DNA of 64,000 nucleotides from a virus (lineage: Duplodnaviria > Caudoviricetes), in IMG/VR virus record IMGVR_UViG_3300014326_000001, positions 1 through 64,000 of that record. One strand, given 5' to 3'. How positions within the stretch are numbered: position 1 is the stretch's first letter; every line of letters starts with the position of its first letter. Of the stretch, positions 17,484-26,381 are shown one piece after another. Under the pieces are notes generated by a model. The model worked only from the letters and a program-made list of their open reading frames with translations, searched no databases and was not told where the DNA came from. The position numbers and the translations under genes were made by a program.

Positions 17484-18311
17484 ATGAAAGGTTTCCAAGA
17501 AAAAACAACGGGTGACGGAACTTTCTTCGTCATCAAACACCACACAATTTGCCGCGAATCGAAAACCCCGCAAGAGGGCTTTCATTCAATCGAGACAGTT
17601 AACCCGCGCACTGGCGATAAGGTAACAAAATACATTCAGGAATTCAGTTCGCTTGAAGCGATGATCACGAAGATCGAATGGTATGACACCGATCAAAAGT
17701 ACGAAACGCGCTATCGAGGGTTCAAGATTCACCTTGACGCAAGCGGGAAACATGGCGTTCTCGATCTTCCAATCAACGCTCGCGTCACAAGTCGGTTTAT
17801 GAAGTTGGCCGAGAATATCGACTTCACAAAGCCTGTGGAGTTTCGAGCATGGCACGATAACAAGTCAGACTCGACAGCTTTACTAGTCGCGCAGAACGAA
17901 GTCAGCGTGCCGCAGAAATACACGCGAGAGAATCCCGGCGACATGCCGCCTCCGGTACAGAGAGCGTCTACAGGCAAGTGGAGCTACGACGATCAAATGG
18001 AATTCCTGCACAAGCGCATGATGGAAGTTGTTATCCCGAAAGTTGCAGCGACCGCGCCAGCCGCAACGCAGGAACCTACGCAGGGAAACGCGCTGACCGA
18101 ACAATCAGCTACAGCCGACGCCAAGTTAATCGGAAAAGTCAAAGAGGCTCTAACTGACCTTTCTGACCATGACGACTATAAGGAGCGAACACGGAGCCAG
18201 TTGCTAGATGAGTTCTTCGGGACAACGAAGTTTGCGGAAGTCGAAGCGATGCCGCCTGATGTCTTGAAAGCGGTACTCAAAAAGATTGACGAGATAATCG
18301 TTCCCTTCTGA
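17484..18311 (+). CDS. Putative ssDNA-binding / recombination protein
   Basis: Position after the exonuclease; C-terminus DEIIVPF resembles the SSB-type PF tail. Confidence 0.5.
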   Translation: MKGFQEKTTGDGTFFVIKHHTICRESKTPQEGFHSIETVNPRTGDKVTKYIQEFSSLEAMITKIEWYDTDQKYETRYRGFKIHLDASGKHGVLDLPINARVTSRFMKLAENIDFTKPVEFRAWHDNKSDSTALLVAQNEVSVPQKYTRENPGDMPPPVQRASTGKWSYDDQMEFLHKRMMEVVIPKVAATAPAATQEPTQGNALTEQSATADAKLIGKVKEALTDLSDHDDYKERTRSQLLDEFFGTTKFAEVEAMPPDVLKAVLKKIDEIIVPF

Positions 18312-18520
18312 AAATAAGTATTGTGTCGAGGGGCGAGTTGTTCTAAAATTCGCCCGTTGACAATTTGAGATTTGACGCGCTAATGGCATGGTGCGTAGAA
18401 TCAACCGCAAGTGACGGCTTTTCTTGAGCCGCGTTTCGCTACCAAAGTCTTTTGACCAACTCTTGCGGGAAGGTTCTAAGATATGCCAAATGCGGCGCGG
18501 TTCAAGAAAGGCCGTTTTCT

Positions 18521-19381
18521 ATGTCCAAGGGCTTGCCCCCACCCAATCACACCCAGACTCCGAATATCTTTTTCGATGAGTCGCTTGCGAAAATTAAATC
18601 TTTCGCAGAGTTGAAGGTTATTCTTGCCGTCATTCGCCAAACCTTTGGGTGGCACAAAGATTCCGACAAACTGAGCCACTCACAACTAGCCAAAACCACA
18701 GGTTTAACCCGGCGAGGAACGATCAACGGGATTGAGAGAGCCTTGGAAGAAGGCTACCTAGAGCGCGAACCAAGCGGCCAGAGCTTCACGTATAGGCTCG
18801 CGCTAGTGAACATCGAAGCACCAGTGAACGAAGTATCTAGTGAACCAACTTCACCTGAGCTAGTGAACGTCGTTCACCAGCAACTAGTGAACCAAGTAGG
18901 CACACAAAAGAAAGGGAAAAAGAAAGTAAAGAAAGAAGAGGGGGCGCAAGCGCAGCCGGGGGGAACCGTCCTCTCTGGAATCGCTTTGCTCCGCGACGTG
19001 GCTCAGGCCTTCCCTCCCAAGGAATCATGGCCGCGCTATCTTGAAATTCTTGGCGAGAATGTTGACGAGGCGAAGTTGAGAAAATGTCGCGCCGAGTGGG
19101 TTGACCGAGGCTACAACAAAGTTTCGTGGAAGTGGTTTACCGAGTGGTACGTTGAGGGGATGCCGGAACGTAACGGGCGTACCGCAACGGCCACGGCAGC
19201 GCGAACCTACGAATGGCAAGGTCGTTACTACGCTTACGGGGAGACTATCTCGGACGACGGCACACGGTTCACGGTAATGGGTTCGGATGGAACGCCTACA
19301 AAACGCTGGCACACGCTGGAAGCATACGCAGAGGATCGAGGGCTAACTATGGAACAGGCAAGACACGGGATGAATGCGTGA
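18521..19381 (+). CDS. Lambda O-like replication initiator
   Basis: HTQTPNIFFD...ELKVILAVIRQTFGWHKDSDKLSHSQLAKTTGL winged-HTH (Phage_rep_O-type). Confidence 0.85.
   Translation: MSKGLPPPNHTQTPNIFFDESLAKIKSFAELKVILAVIRQTFGWHKDSDKLSHSQLAKTTGLTRRGTINGIERALEEGYLEREPSGQSFTYRLALVNIEAPVNEVSSEPTSPELVNVVHQQLVNQVGTQKKGKKKVKKEEGAQAQPGGTVLSGIALLRDVAQAFPPKESWPRYLEILGENVDEAKLRKCRAEWVDRGYNKVSWKWFTEWYVEGMPERNGRTATATAARTYEWQGRYYAYGETISDDGTRFTVMGSDGTPTKRWHTLEAYAEDRGLTMEQARHGMNA
18803..18940. repeat. Replication origin: iterons plus A-rich tract inside the initiator gene
   Basis: C(T/C)AGTGAAC at 18803, 18821, 18837, 18860 and 18884; inverted copy at 18872; A-rich purine tract 18904-18940. Confidence 0.8.
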
Positions 19382-21147
19382 TGGAACTAAATCCATTACA
19401 GACACAACTGAAGCAAGAACGCGCCCCGCTTGTGGAAGCCCTTGGCGTTAGGCTCATAAACGGAAAGTCCTGCAAATGCCCGTTTCACGATGACAAGCAC
19501 GCCTCGGGCAGCGTATTTCAAGACCAAGACGGTGGATGGAAGTTTCATTGTCATACATGCGATTGGTCAGCCGACGTGTTTGACGTGAGAGCGAGAGTCG
19601 AGAATAGGCCACTTGGGGATATTCTTGGGGAATACAAACCAGAGAAGCCAAAGCACTACGAAAGCCTTGAAGCGATTATTAGAACTTATCCAGATGTTGA
19701 AGAAACCTACAAATATACGAATCCGCGAACAGCACGAGTCGAGTTGGCAGTTATTCGCTATCGGATCAACGGAAGAAAAGCCTTTGCCCAATGCTCCCCC
19801 AACGGATCAGGATGGCTTAAAGCCCGACCTGAAGGAAAACTCCCGCTCTACAATCGAAAACGAGTCCAAGAATCCGAAACGGTGATTGTGGTGGAAGGGG
19901 AAAAAGCGGTTCACGCCTTGCATAAGGCCGATATGGTAGCCACTACAAGCCCAATGGGCGCGGGAAAGGCAAGGGAATCTGATTGGTCAATCCTCTCAGG
20001 TAAGAAAGTTTATTTGTGGCCGGATAACGATCCCGTCGATCCGAAAACGCTGAAACAAACGGGCATCGATCACATGAAAGATGTTCAGGCAATTCTTGAA
20101 ACGATGAACTGCGAATTGTTCTGGATAGAGCCTTCAAGTCTCGATTTACCACCCAAGGGTGACGCAGTTGATTTCATGGCAAATAATGAAGGCTCGCCAG
20201 AAGATAAGAAAATGGCTGTGTTGTTGGTCTTAGATGAGGCGCAACCACTAGGAGCGGCACAGGAACTAGGAAAACGTTTGCAGTCAATTATTGCAGGGGA
20301 ATGGGTGAGCTTGGAGTGGCCGTGGCGAATGCTGACTACGCACACACAATCGCTTTTGCCTGATACCGTTACGGCGGTTTGTGGTGAGCCGGGAGCAGCA
20401 AAGTCTTTCTTTTTACTGGAATCGTTTTGGAAGTGGCATTTAGCGGGGCATAAGGTAGCGATATTTGAACTTGAGGATGACCGAACATTTCACCTTCACC
20501 GAGTCCTTGCGCAGTTGGAATCTAATTCGTCTTTGACCGACGCCGAGTGGGTAAGGACTCACGCAGAACAGGCCACGGCATCATGGAACAATCAAAAAGA
20601 CATTCTTGATTCGCTAGGAAAAGTGATGTGGGACGCGCCAAACTCTCAAATTACGCTTCCCGAACTGGCAGATTGGTTTGAGGCTCGCTGTCAAGAGGGA
20701 TTTGAGTTGTGCGTTGTCGATCCGGTTACAGCTACGGTCGCATCTGACAAGCCTTGGATAGACGATCAGAAGTTCATATTCAGAGTGAAGACCACAGCCA
20801 AGAAGTATCACTCAAGGTTGATTTACGCGATTCACCCAAGGGTGGCAAACGGGAAAGTGGGAGCAAGTCTTTCGAGGATGGCGGGGGGCGCAGCCTACGC
20901 GAGATTCTCCCACTCCGTTTTGTGGATTACGAAGTTTGATAAAGAACGCTCAGAGACTATTTGGAGTCCTGATGGTGGCACGCGCCCAGCCTCATTTGAA
21001 CGAACGGTAAAAATCAGCAAAGCACGAAACGGAAAAGGCGCGGGCGCTGAATTGGCCTACCACCTAAACACAGGAACGTTATGTTTTTCAGAATTTGGGG
21101 AAGTGTCAGAACATGAAAGCAATAGAAACTCGCTACGCGAGTCATAG
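19381..21147 (+). CDS. Primase-helicase (Zn finger + TOPRIM + RecA/DnaB-like ATPase)
   Basis: CKCPFHDD...CHTC; VVEGEK and WPDND; GEPGAAKS Walker A, VVDPV Walker B. Confidence 0.88.
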   Translation: MELNPLQTQLKQERAPLVEALGVRLINGKSCKCPFHDDKHASGSVFQDQDGGWKFHCHTCDWSADVFDVRARVENRPLGDILGEYKPEKPKHYESLEAIIRTYPDVEETYKYTNPRTARVELAVIRYRINGRKAFAQCSPNGSGWLKARPEGKLPLYNRKRVQESETVIVVEGEKAVHALHKADMVATTSPMGAGKARESDWSILSGKKVYLWPDNDPVDPKTLKQTGIDHMKDVQAILETMNCELFWIEPSSLDLPPKGDAVDFMANNEGSPEDKKMAVLLVLDEAQPLGAAQELGKRLQSIIAGEWVSLEWPWRMLTTHTQSLLPDTVTAVCGEPGAAKSFFLLESFWKWHLAGHKVAIFELEDDRTFHLHRVLAQLESNSSLTDAEWVRTHAEQATASWNNQKDILDSLGKVMWDAPNSQITLPELADWFEARCQEGFELCVVDPVTATVASDKPWIDDQKFIFRVKTTAKKYHSRLIYAIHPRVANGKVGASLSRMAGGAAYARFSHSVLWITKFDKERSETIWSPDGGTRPASFERTVKISKARNGKGAGAELAYHLNTGTLCFSEFGEVSEHESNRNSLRES

Positions 21148-21649
21148 ATTTCGTTCACGATTGGAAGCCCGTTACGCAGTTTTCTTTGACGCGCTTAACG
21201 AACCTTGGGAGTACGAGAAAGAGGGATACGTTTTGGAGGACGGAACGCTTTATCTTCCCGATTTCTGGATGCCGAATCTACAGTGTCATTTGGAAATCAA
21301 AGGCCAACTGCCGACACAAGAAGAATACGACAAGACTCAAGGGTTGGCGCACGGAACAAATAAGGCCGCAGCAATTATCCACGGATTGCCGGGAGAACAA
21401 TGGGGCATTCTGTATTGCGTAGACGACACTGACTCGTCGGGAGGTTGGGGAACTTGGCAATTCCGTTTCGGAGTAAACGCAAGCAGCGAATTAGCGTTCT
21501 TGGTAGATCAGTTTGACCCGGAACGGAGGATTCTATATTCCGTCCCTTATGAAAAAATATTGCGCACGAGTTATCGCTGGATGGAAACCAACGCGCTGCA
21601 ACATGCGGCCACGCAAGCCAAAGAAGAACGATTTGAGAGGCGACGATGA
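21113..21649 (+). CDS. PD-(D/E)XK nuclease
   Basis: FRSRLEARYAVFFD...WEYE...YLPDF...LEIKG. Confidence 0.8.
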   Translation: MKAIETRYASHRFRSRLEARYAVFFDALNEPWEYEKEGYVLEDGTLYLPDFWMPNLQCHLEIKGQLPTQEEYDKTQGLAHGTNKAAAIIHGLPGEQWGILYCVDDTDSSGGWGTWQFRFGVNASSELAFLVDQFDPERRILYSVPYEKILRTSYRWMETNALQHAATQAKEERFERRR

Positions 21650-21952
21650 TTGTCTGGTGTTGGGACTGTGAAGAGTTTTGGGAATGCCCGGAGAACGGCC
21701 ATGACGGAACAGACCTAATTTGTTACGAGTGCGTAGAGCTACTTAATGCAGGCTACATAATTTGGCGTGACCGCCAACAGGGAATTGAATGGGAGGGACT
21801 GATTGCATGAAACACCAAAGATACAGTCGCGCCAAAGAAGTCTGCCCCCGGTGCAATAATACAAATTCGGAAATCATAAAAGTTGGGCAGTATGAATATG
21901 CTCGCAAGTGTGATCACTCAACACGGCCAACACTTCCACTGGAGAAAAGTAA

Positions 21953-22195
21953 ATGATAATCAACACCGACCCCGACGCATATGTGCCGATTAGTAATGTA
22001 AGAATCTGCCCGTTCCACCTTAAGAACGCTGGCGTGCCTTATGCGGGGTGCACTTGTTCTGCCAGTTACGGACAGCGAAGGGCTACAGAATCCGAGTATC
22101 GAGAGCGACGACGTAAACGCTTGGTAGAAAAACGTGCTTGGCTCTTGGAAGCACTAGCAGAGATTGAAGCTGAACTTCAGGATGTAGGAAAATGA
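21953..22195 (+). CDS. Hypothetical protein
   Basis: 80 aa, CPFH and CTCS motifs. Confidence 0.6.
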   Translation: MIINTDPDAYVPISNVRICPFHLKNAGVPYAGCTCSASYGQRRATESEYRERRRKRLVEKRAWLLEALAEIEAELQDVGK

Positions 22196-22695
22196 ATCTC
22201 GACGAACACGGTACTATAACAAACGATCAAGGGCGCACGTTTCGCGTGGTTAAGGTAGGCGACGAACTGCGCGTGAACGGGAGGCCGGATTGGCACGGTG
22301 GCGGCATGACGTGGGCGCAGACCACGGTTAAACGTCACCCCAAATACGTTTACGGAACAAAGATGGGAAAGCTGTTGCACGAGATCGAGAAAGTCAGATT
22401 GGTATGGTGGCAGCTTGGCGGTCACGGTAGCTATTTCTTTCGCGTTTCATCACCCCGCGTGTACTTTGAGACAAAATGTGGCTATTGCTTCTTTGGCTCC
22501 GACCCAACGAACACATTTAGGAGCAGTCGCAAGTCAAAGGCTACCGTTTGTGAGCTACCAAAACCGGACGCCGTTCTCTGCGGTCGCTGCCGTGGTGAAG
22601 GCGCGGTCTTTGGAAAACTCGGAAAAGTTGGACGCGGTGGCGTCACCTACAAAGAAGCCCGTGAGCGTATTGGCTGTACGGTGCAAGTCTCGTAA
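22192..22695 (+). CDS. Hypothetical protein with Cys motifs
   Basis: ATGA-coupled, 167 aa. Confidence 0.65.
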   Translation: MNLDEHGTITNDQGRTFRVVKVGDELRVNGRPDWHGGGMTWAQTTVKRHPKYVYGTKMGKLLHEIEKVRLVWWQLGGHGSYFFRVSSPRVYFETKCGYCFFGSDPTNTFRSSRKSKATVCELPKPDAVLCGRCRGEGAVFGKLGKVGRGGVTYKEARERIGCTVQVS

Positions 22696-22697
22696 CC

Positions 22698-22760
22698 ACT
22701 CAACGTACGTGAGCGGGACGCGGAGAGCGATCAAGATACGCCCCGCGAGGGTTGTGCAGC
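22698..22760 (+). repeat. Dispersed structured element copy E7
   Basis: ACTCAACGTAC...GCGGGACGCGGAGAG...GAGGGTTGTGCAGC(ATG); both ends match E1. Confidence 0.75.
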
Positions 22761-22784
22761 ATGATCCTGAATTCTTTGAAATGA

Positions 22785-22856
22785 AGACAACCCCTCTCAT
22801 TACAGATCGGGCTAGGAGTCTCCGACCCGCCGAAAACCGGACGGTGAAGGTTGGAT
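22785..22856 (-). repeat. Dispersed structured element copy E8 (inverted, facing E7)
   Basis: Minus strand ATCCAACCTTCACCGTCCGGTTTTCGGCGGGTCGGAGACTCCTAGCCCGATCTGTAATGAGAGGGGTTGTCT. Confidence 0.8.
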
Positions 22857-22877
22857 GGCTTTCCAAGAAAATAATTG

Positions 22878-22907
22878 TTGACAGATGCTTGCACCCCAAG
22901 TTATGCT
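22878..22907 (+). promoter_or_regulatory. Sigma70-type promoter
   Basis: TTGACA-18-TATGCT. Confidence 0.65.
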
Positions 22908-22916
22908 TGCCTTACT

Positions 22917-23117
22917 ATGAAGAACGTTGAAACAGAAGCGCGGCAGAACGTCGCCAAACTAAAAAAGATTAAAGGCATGGAGAAAATCGCCGAGTCGCTT
23001 GAGCGGTTAATGGATGGCGCGGCTGCGGGGGGCGCGGCTAGAGCTAAGAAGTTAACCAAGAAACGGCGAGTTGAAATCGCTAAGAAGGCAGCTAACGCCA
23101 GATGGGGGAAGAGGTGA
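22917..23117 (+). CDS. Small basic protein of the GG.ARA..L...RR.EIA.KAA.ARW type (nucleic-acid binding)
   Basis: GGAARAKKLTKKRRVEIAKKAANARW. Confidence 0.7.
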   Translation: MKNVETEARQNVAKLKKIKGMEKIAESLERLMDGAAAGGAARAKKLTKKRRVEIAKKAANARWGKR

Positions 23118-23121
23118 AGAG

Positions 23122-23736
23122 ATGACAAGCGCGCAAAAGATTACATTCCCGCAGTTTAGCGGATTACGATGTTTGATGATGCCTTACATTCAGGGAGATG
23201 CAGCATCCGTGCCCGATGAATATCAATCTTATGCTGACATTCTCCGTTCAGTCTTTTTGAAGAAGGGCGACATTGGCTATCTCACGATTGATGAATCTGT
23301 GGTCGTTGCTGGGACTCCGCACCGTGGCGCACGAGCTAAGGCCTCTCGCGCCCTGCATACAGAAGTCGGGCGACTACCCAATAAGATTTACTGCTGGGGG
23401 AGTGGCGGCGGGTGGGGAAACAAGCACAACGTAACGCTCGATGGTAGCGTGGAGGTTCTGCTCGCCAACAACCTTGACGATTCATGCGCCTTGTGGAACG
23501 CAACGCACCACGATACGAGCGTTGATGGAGACATCGGACATGAAGCGGCACGGTATCCCTACCGAGATGCTGTGATGATGAAGGCTGGCGAAGTCCACAA
23601 AATCGGAATCCTAACGCCGCACGAGAGCCTTCCTGTAAAAGAAACAACGGCACGGCAGTTCTTGCGGATCATATCTTCGGGAGTCCACGGGCGCGAGCCG
23701 TACTTCACGATCAACCCAATTTTGGCGGCAGCATGA
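23122..23736 (+). CDS. Putative 2OG-Fe(II) dioxygenase
   Basis: LHTE (HxD/E), distal TPHESLP His, RQFLRI Arg motif. Confidence 0.55.
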   Translation: MTSAQKITFPQFSGLRCLMMPYIQGDAASVPDEYQSYADILRSVFLKKGDIGYLTIDESVVVAGTPHRGARAKASRALHTEVGRLPNKIYCWGSGGGWGNKHNVTLDGSVEVLLANNLDDSCALWNATHHDTSVDGDIGHEAARYPYRDAVMMKAGEVHKIGILTPHESLPVKETTARQFLRIISSGVHGREPYFTINPILAAA

Positions 23737-24054
23737 TCGACTTCCGAATCATCGCACTATTACTACTCCCTAGAGTCTGTCCAGTCTGCGGAGAGCAGGA
23801 AAGTAAATGAGGACAAAACCTCGCGGTGCTAACGGGCTGGGCCTAAGAAAGACACGTACCTTGACCGTAACGAAAGGAAGAAAATGAGTACATACGATCC
23901 ACGGCAAATGGCAACGGACGCTCTAACGCTCTCCACGCCGCCTGCGCATTCAGGACTAAAGACTTTTGTGAGCGAAGAGGGTGTTTACGCGCTTGCAAGG
24001 GCACTAGAAGACGCGCTTGATATTGTCGATTCAATCGAAGACGAGGACGAGTAA

Positions 24055-25155
24055 ATGTTCACTATCAATCGACAAGTATTAGCGCGAGAATTCGCCCTAC
24101 TTCAGACTGTCGCCGAGAAAAAGGGAACGATCCCAATCTTGTCGAGCATTAAGGTTGAATGCCAAGGCGATCTTACTGTTCTGACGGGAACCGATTTAGA
24201 CGCCACAATCATCTCCAAGGTGGAATCCTCTGGCGAAGCGTGGGCGGGATGCGTTCCTTTGCGGCAACTGTTTTCCTTGGTCAAATTGCTTGACGGTGAA
24301 AATCTCGAATTTTCCGAGCGTCCGAATGGGCGGCTGGAAATCAAGAGTGGTCAGTCTAAACACCTAATTCCGTTTGAACCTATCGAGCGTTTTCCTGAAG
24401 TCGCGATTCCAAAAGAGCAGGGCGTTTCTCTTGACGGGGCAGTTCTCGGTGCGATGGTGAAAGCGACAGCCTTTTGGATTAGACCGTCAGAAGATGGACT
24501 AAAAGCGACCGAGTGGAAGCAGACGGGATTGAGCCTGCGCTCAGATGAAAAGTCGCTTGAGGTAATGTCTTTCCGACGTACCGCAGCGGCGATTGCTACG
24601 TTGTCCGCCAGTCTCCCGAAATTCAACGTTATCATCCCAAGACAAGCGGTGTCCGCGCTTAGTTATTTCAACGAAGATTTACAGATGATCGTGACGGAAA
24701 ATCAAGTTGCGTTTATCGGCGCAACGCGAACACTGTCTGCCCGTATCTTGGAAGGCGAGTTCCCCGCGTGGCGCACGTTCCTGCCGACATATGAACACAG
24801 AGTGGAAGTCCCTGAAACTTTCACGGACACGATCAAGAGAGTTTCGGTAACGACAGAAGGGCAACGGGCGACGTTTGAAGTGCTGAAGCTGACAATTGCC
24901 AAGGACTCCTTGAAGCTGGAATCTCGCGGCGGCGATAACGGGCAGTCAGAAGAAATACTGCCCACTACCTCCACGCTGAACGGGAAGACTGTGGCGATAG
25001 GCATCCACGGAAATCAGACGGTCGAAGCCTTGAGTCGCTCGGACTGCAATATAACGTGCGAGTTTGTGGACGGGACACAGCCAATGATTTTTACTCCCGC
25101 AAACAAAGACTTTGAGCTTTGCTATCTCACGATGCCGTGCAGGCTGGAATGGTGA
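24055..25155 (+). CDS. dnaN: DNA polymerase III beta sliding clamp
   Basis: 366 aa; IPILSSIK, GTDLD, FPEV, RILEGEFPAW, C-terminal LTMPCRL. Confidence 0.92.
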   Translation: MFTINRQVLAREFALLQTVAEKKGTIPILSSIKVECQGDLTVLTGTDLDATIISKVESSGEAWAGCVPLRQLFSLVKLLDGENLEFSERPNGRLEIKSGQSKHLIPFEPIERFPEVAIPKEQGVSLDGAVLGAMVKATAFWIRPSEDGLKATEWKQTGLSLRSDEKSLEVMSFRRTAAAIATLSASLPKFNVIIPRQAVSALSYFNEDLQMIVTENQVAFIGATRTLSARILEGEFPAWRTFLPTYEHRVEVPETFTDTIKRVSVTTEGQRATFEVLKLTIAKDSLKLESRGGDNGQSEEILPTTSTLNGKTVAIGIHGNQTVEALSRSDCNITCEFVDGTQPMIFTPANKDFELCYLTMPCRLEW

Positions 25156-25323
25156 AGAAACCTGAACCGCAAAAGATTCCAAGAGAATGTGATCCAAGTA
25201 GGAATCTGCATATTTACTTTGGTAAATCAGAAATCTGTCAATGTAAGAAGGGGAAGAAAAGAGTTGTAAGTTAATACGCTACGATCATTCCCAGTTCAGG
25301 GTTTCTAAAGACAGGATTGTTGA

Positions 25324-25779
25324 GTGCCTCTGAGTCGAAAACCACGAAAGCCAATGATTCGATCCGCCTTTGTGCGGCACTCGGAATTTCGCCCTAAAAC
25401 GCTTCCCAAGCGGAAAGTGGCTACCGATGGCTTACCGGACGAGAAAAACAGTTCTAGCGCGACTCTGACGCAAAGGAAGCCTATCAGAAAGGTCGGTCGC
25501 AAGGGTTATCAGTGGATAGCCGCCCGTAAGTGGCTCAAGAAGCAATTCAACTGGCTTGGGCTTACTCACTGCATGATGCGTTTTCAGGGATGCTGGTATG
25601 ACGACGGGATCGGGTTTGCGCATCCGGCCAAAAGACGAAACTTGAGAGAAGGTGAATTATGGCTCGCGGTGCCCGTGTGCAACGCTTGCCACTCGCAGCT
25701 TGAGATTATGCCTCCCGAAAAGATGCGAGAGCTAGTTGAAACGGCTTGGGCAAAAGCGGGAATAAAGCTACCACAATGA
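25324..25779 (+). CDS. NinG/HNH-like protein
   Basis: Basic N-terminus; C....C...H and CNACH motifs; next to the resolvase. Confidence 0.45.
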   Translation: MPLSRKPRKPMIRSAFVRHSEFRPKTLPKRKVATDGLPDEKNSSSATLTQRKPIRKVGRKGYQWIAARKWLKKQFNWLGLTHCMMRFQGCWYDDGIGFAHPAKRRNLREGELWLAVPVCNACHSQLEIMPPEKMRELVETAWAKAGIKLPQ

Positions 25780-26138
25780 AGATTGATTTTCAGATACCAG
25801 TTAAGACTATCTCCGAGGCCAATCAGCGCGAGCATTGGGCGGTTAAGCACAGACGCAAAAAAGCTCAACAGGTGGAAACCGGACTAGCTTTTCTGGTTAA
25901 CGTGCGCCGGAATATTACCTTTCCTTGCACCGTAAGGCTCACCAGAATCGCGCCAAAGGCTTTGGACGCCGACAATCTCGCTGGCTCATTCAAACACGTT
26001 CAGGACGCCCTTGCTCGCAAGCTAGGCGTAGATGACGGAGACGCAGAGAAGGTCACTTGGGTCTACCAGCAACTACCAATCGGCCAACGGCACTACAGCG
26101 TGAAGGTGGAAATTGAAAGCCAACCCTCTAACCGATAA
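25776..26138 (+). CDS. RusA-like Holliday junction resolvase
   Basis: LDADNLAGSFKHVQDAL...LGVDDG acidic motif. Confidence 0.75.
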   Translation: MKIDFQIPVKTISEANQREHWAVKHRRKKAQQVETGLAFLVNVRRNITFPCTVRLTRIAPKALDADNLAGSFKHVQDALARKLGVDDGDAEKVTWVYQQLPIGQRHYSVKVEIESQPSNR

Positions 26139-26147
26139 GGAGAGTCA

Positions 26148-26381
26148 ATGAGCCTGAGTTTTCAAGAGTTTTTGGCGGAATCAATGAAAGACCCTGAATT
26201 CGCGGCGGCGTACAAAGAGGTCAGCGAAGAGGAATCCAAGAAACTGTTAGTTGCCGCGCTCGTTGAAGTCGCTCGCATGAAACCCGTAGTAGAAGCTGCG
26301 GTGAAGTGGCGAGCGGGATACGGTGGCAGTGTGGAGTTGATTCGCGTTGTTGATGCTTACGAGAAAGGTGAATCTCAATGA
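26148..26381 (+). CDS. Hypothetical protein
   Basis: AAGGAG RBS, 77 aa. Confidence 0.6.
   Translation: MSLSFQEFLAESMKDPEFAAAYKEVSEEESKKLLVAALVEVARMKPVVEAAVKWRAGYGGSVELIRVVDAYEKGESQ

Noticed and set aside
14211-22856. Calling the dispersed elements canonical integron attC sites
   Set aside because: AAC...GTT ends are present and E7/E8 have RYYYAAC, but the 3' boxes are not GTTRRRY, the L-box pairing and spacer lengths do not fit, copies occur in both orientations, and no IntI is present. Kept as an unclassified family
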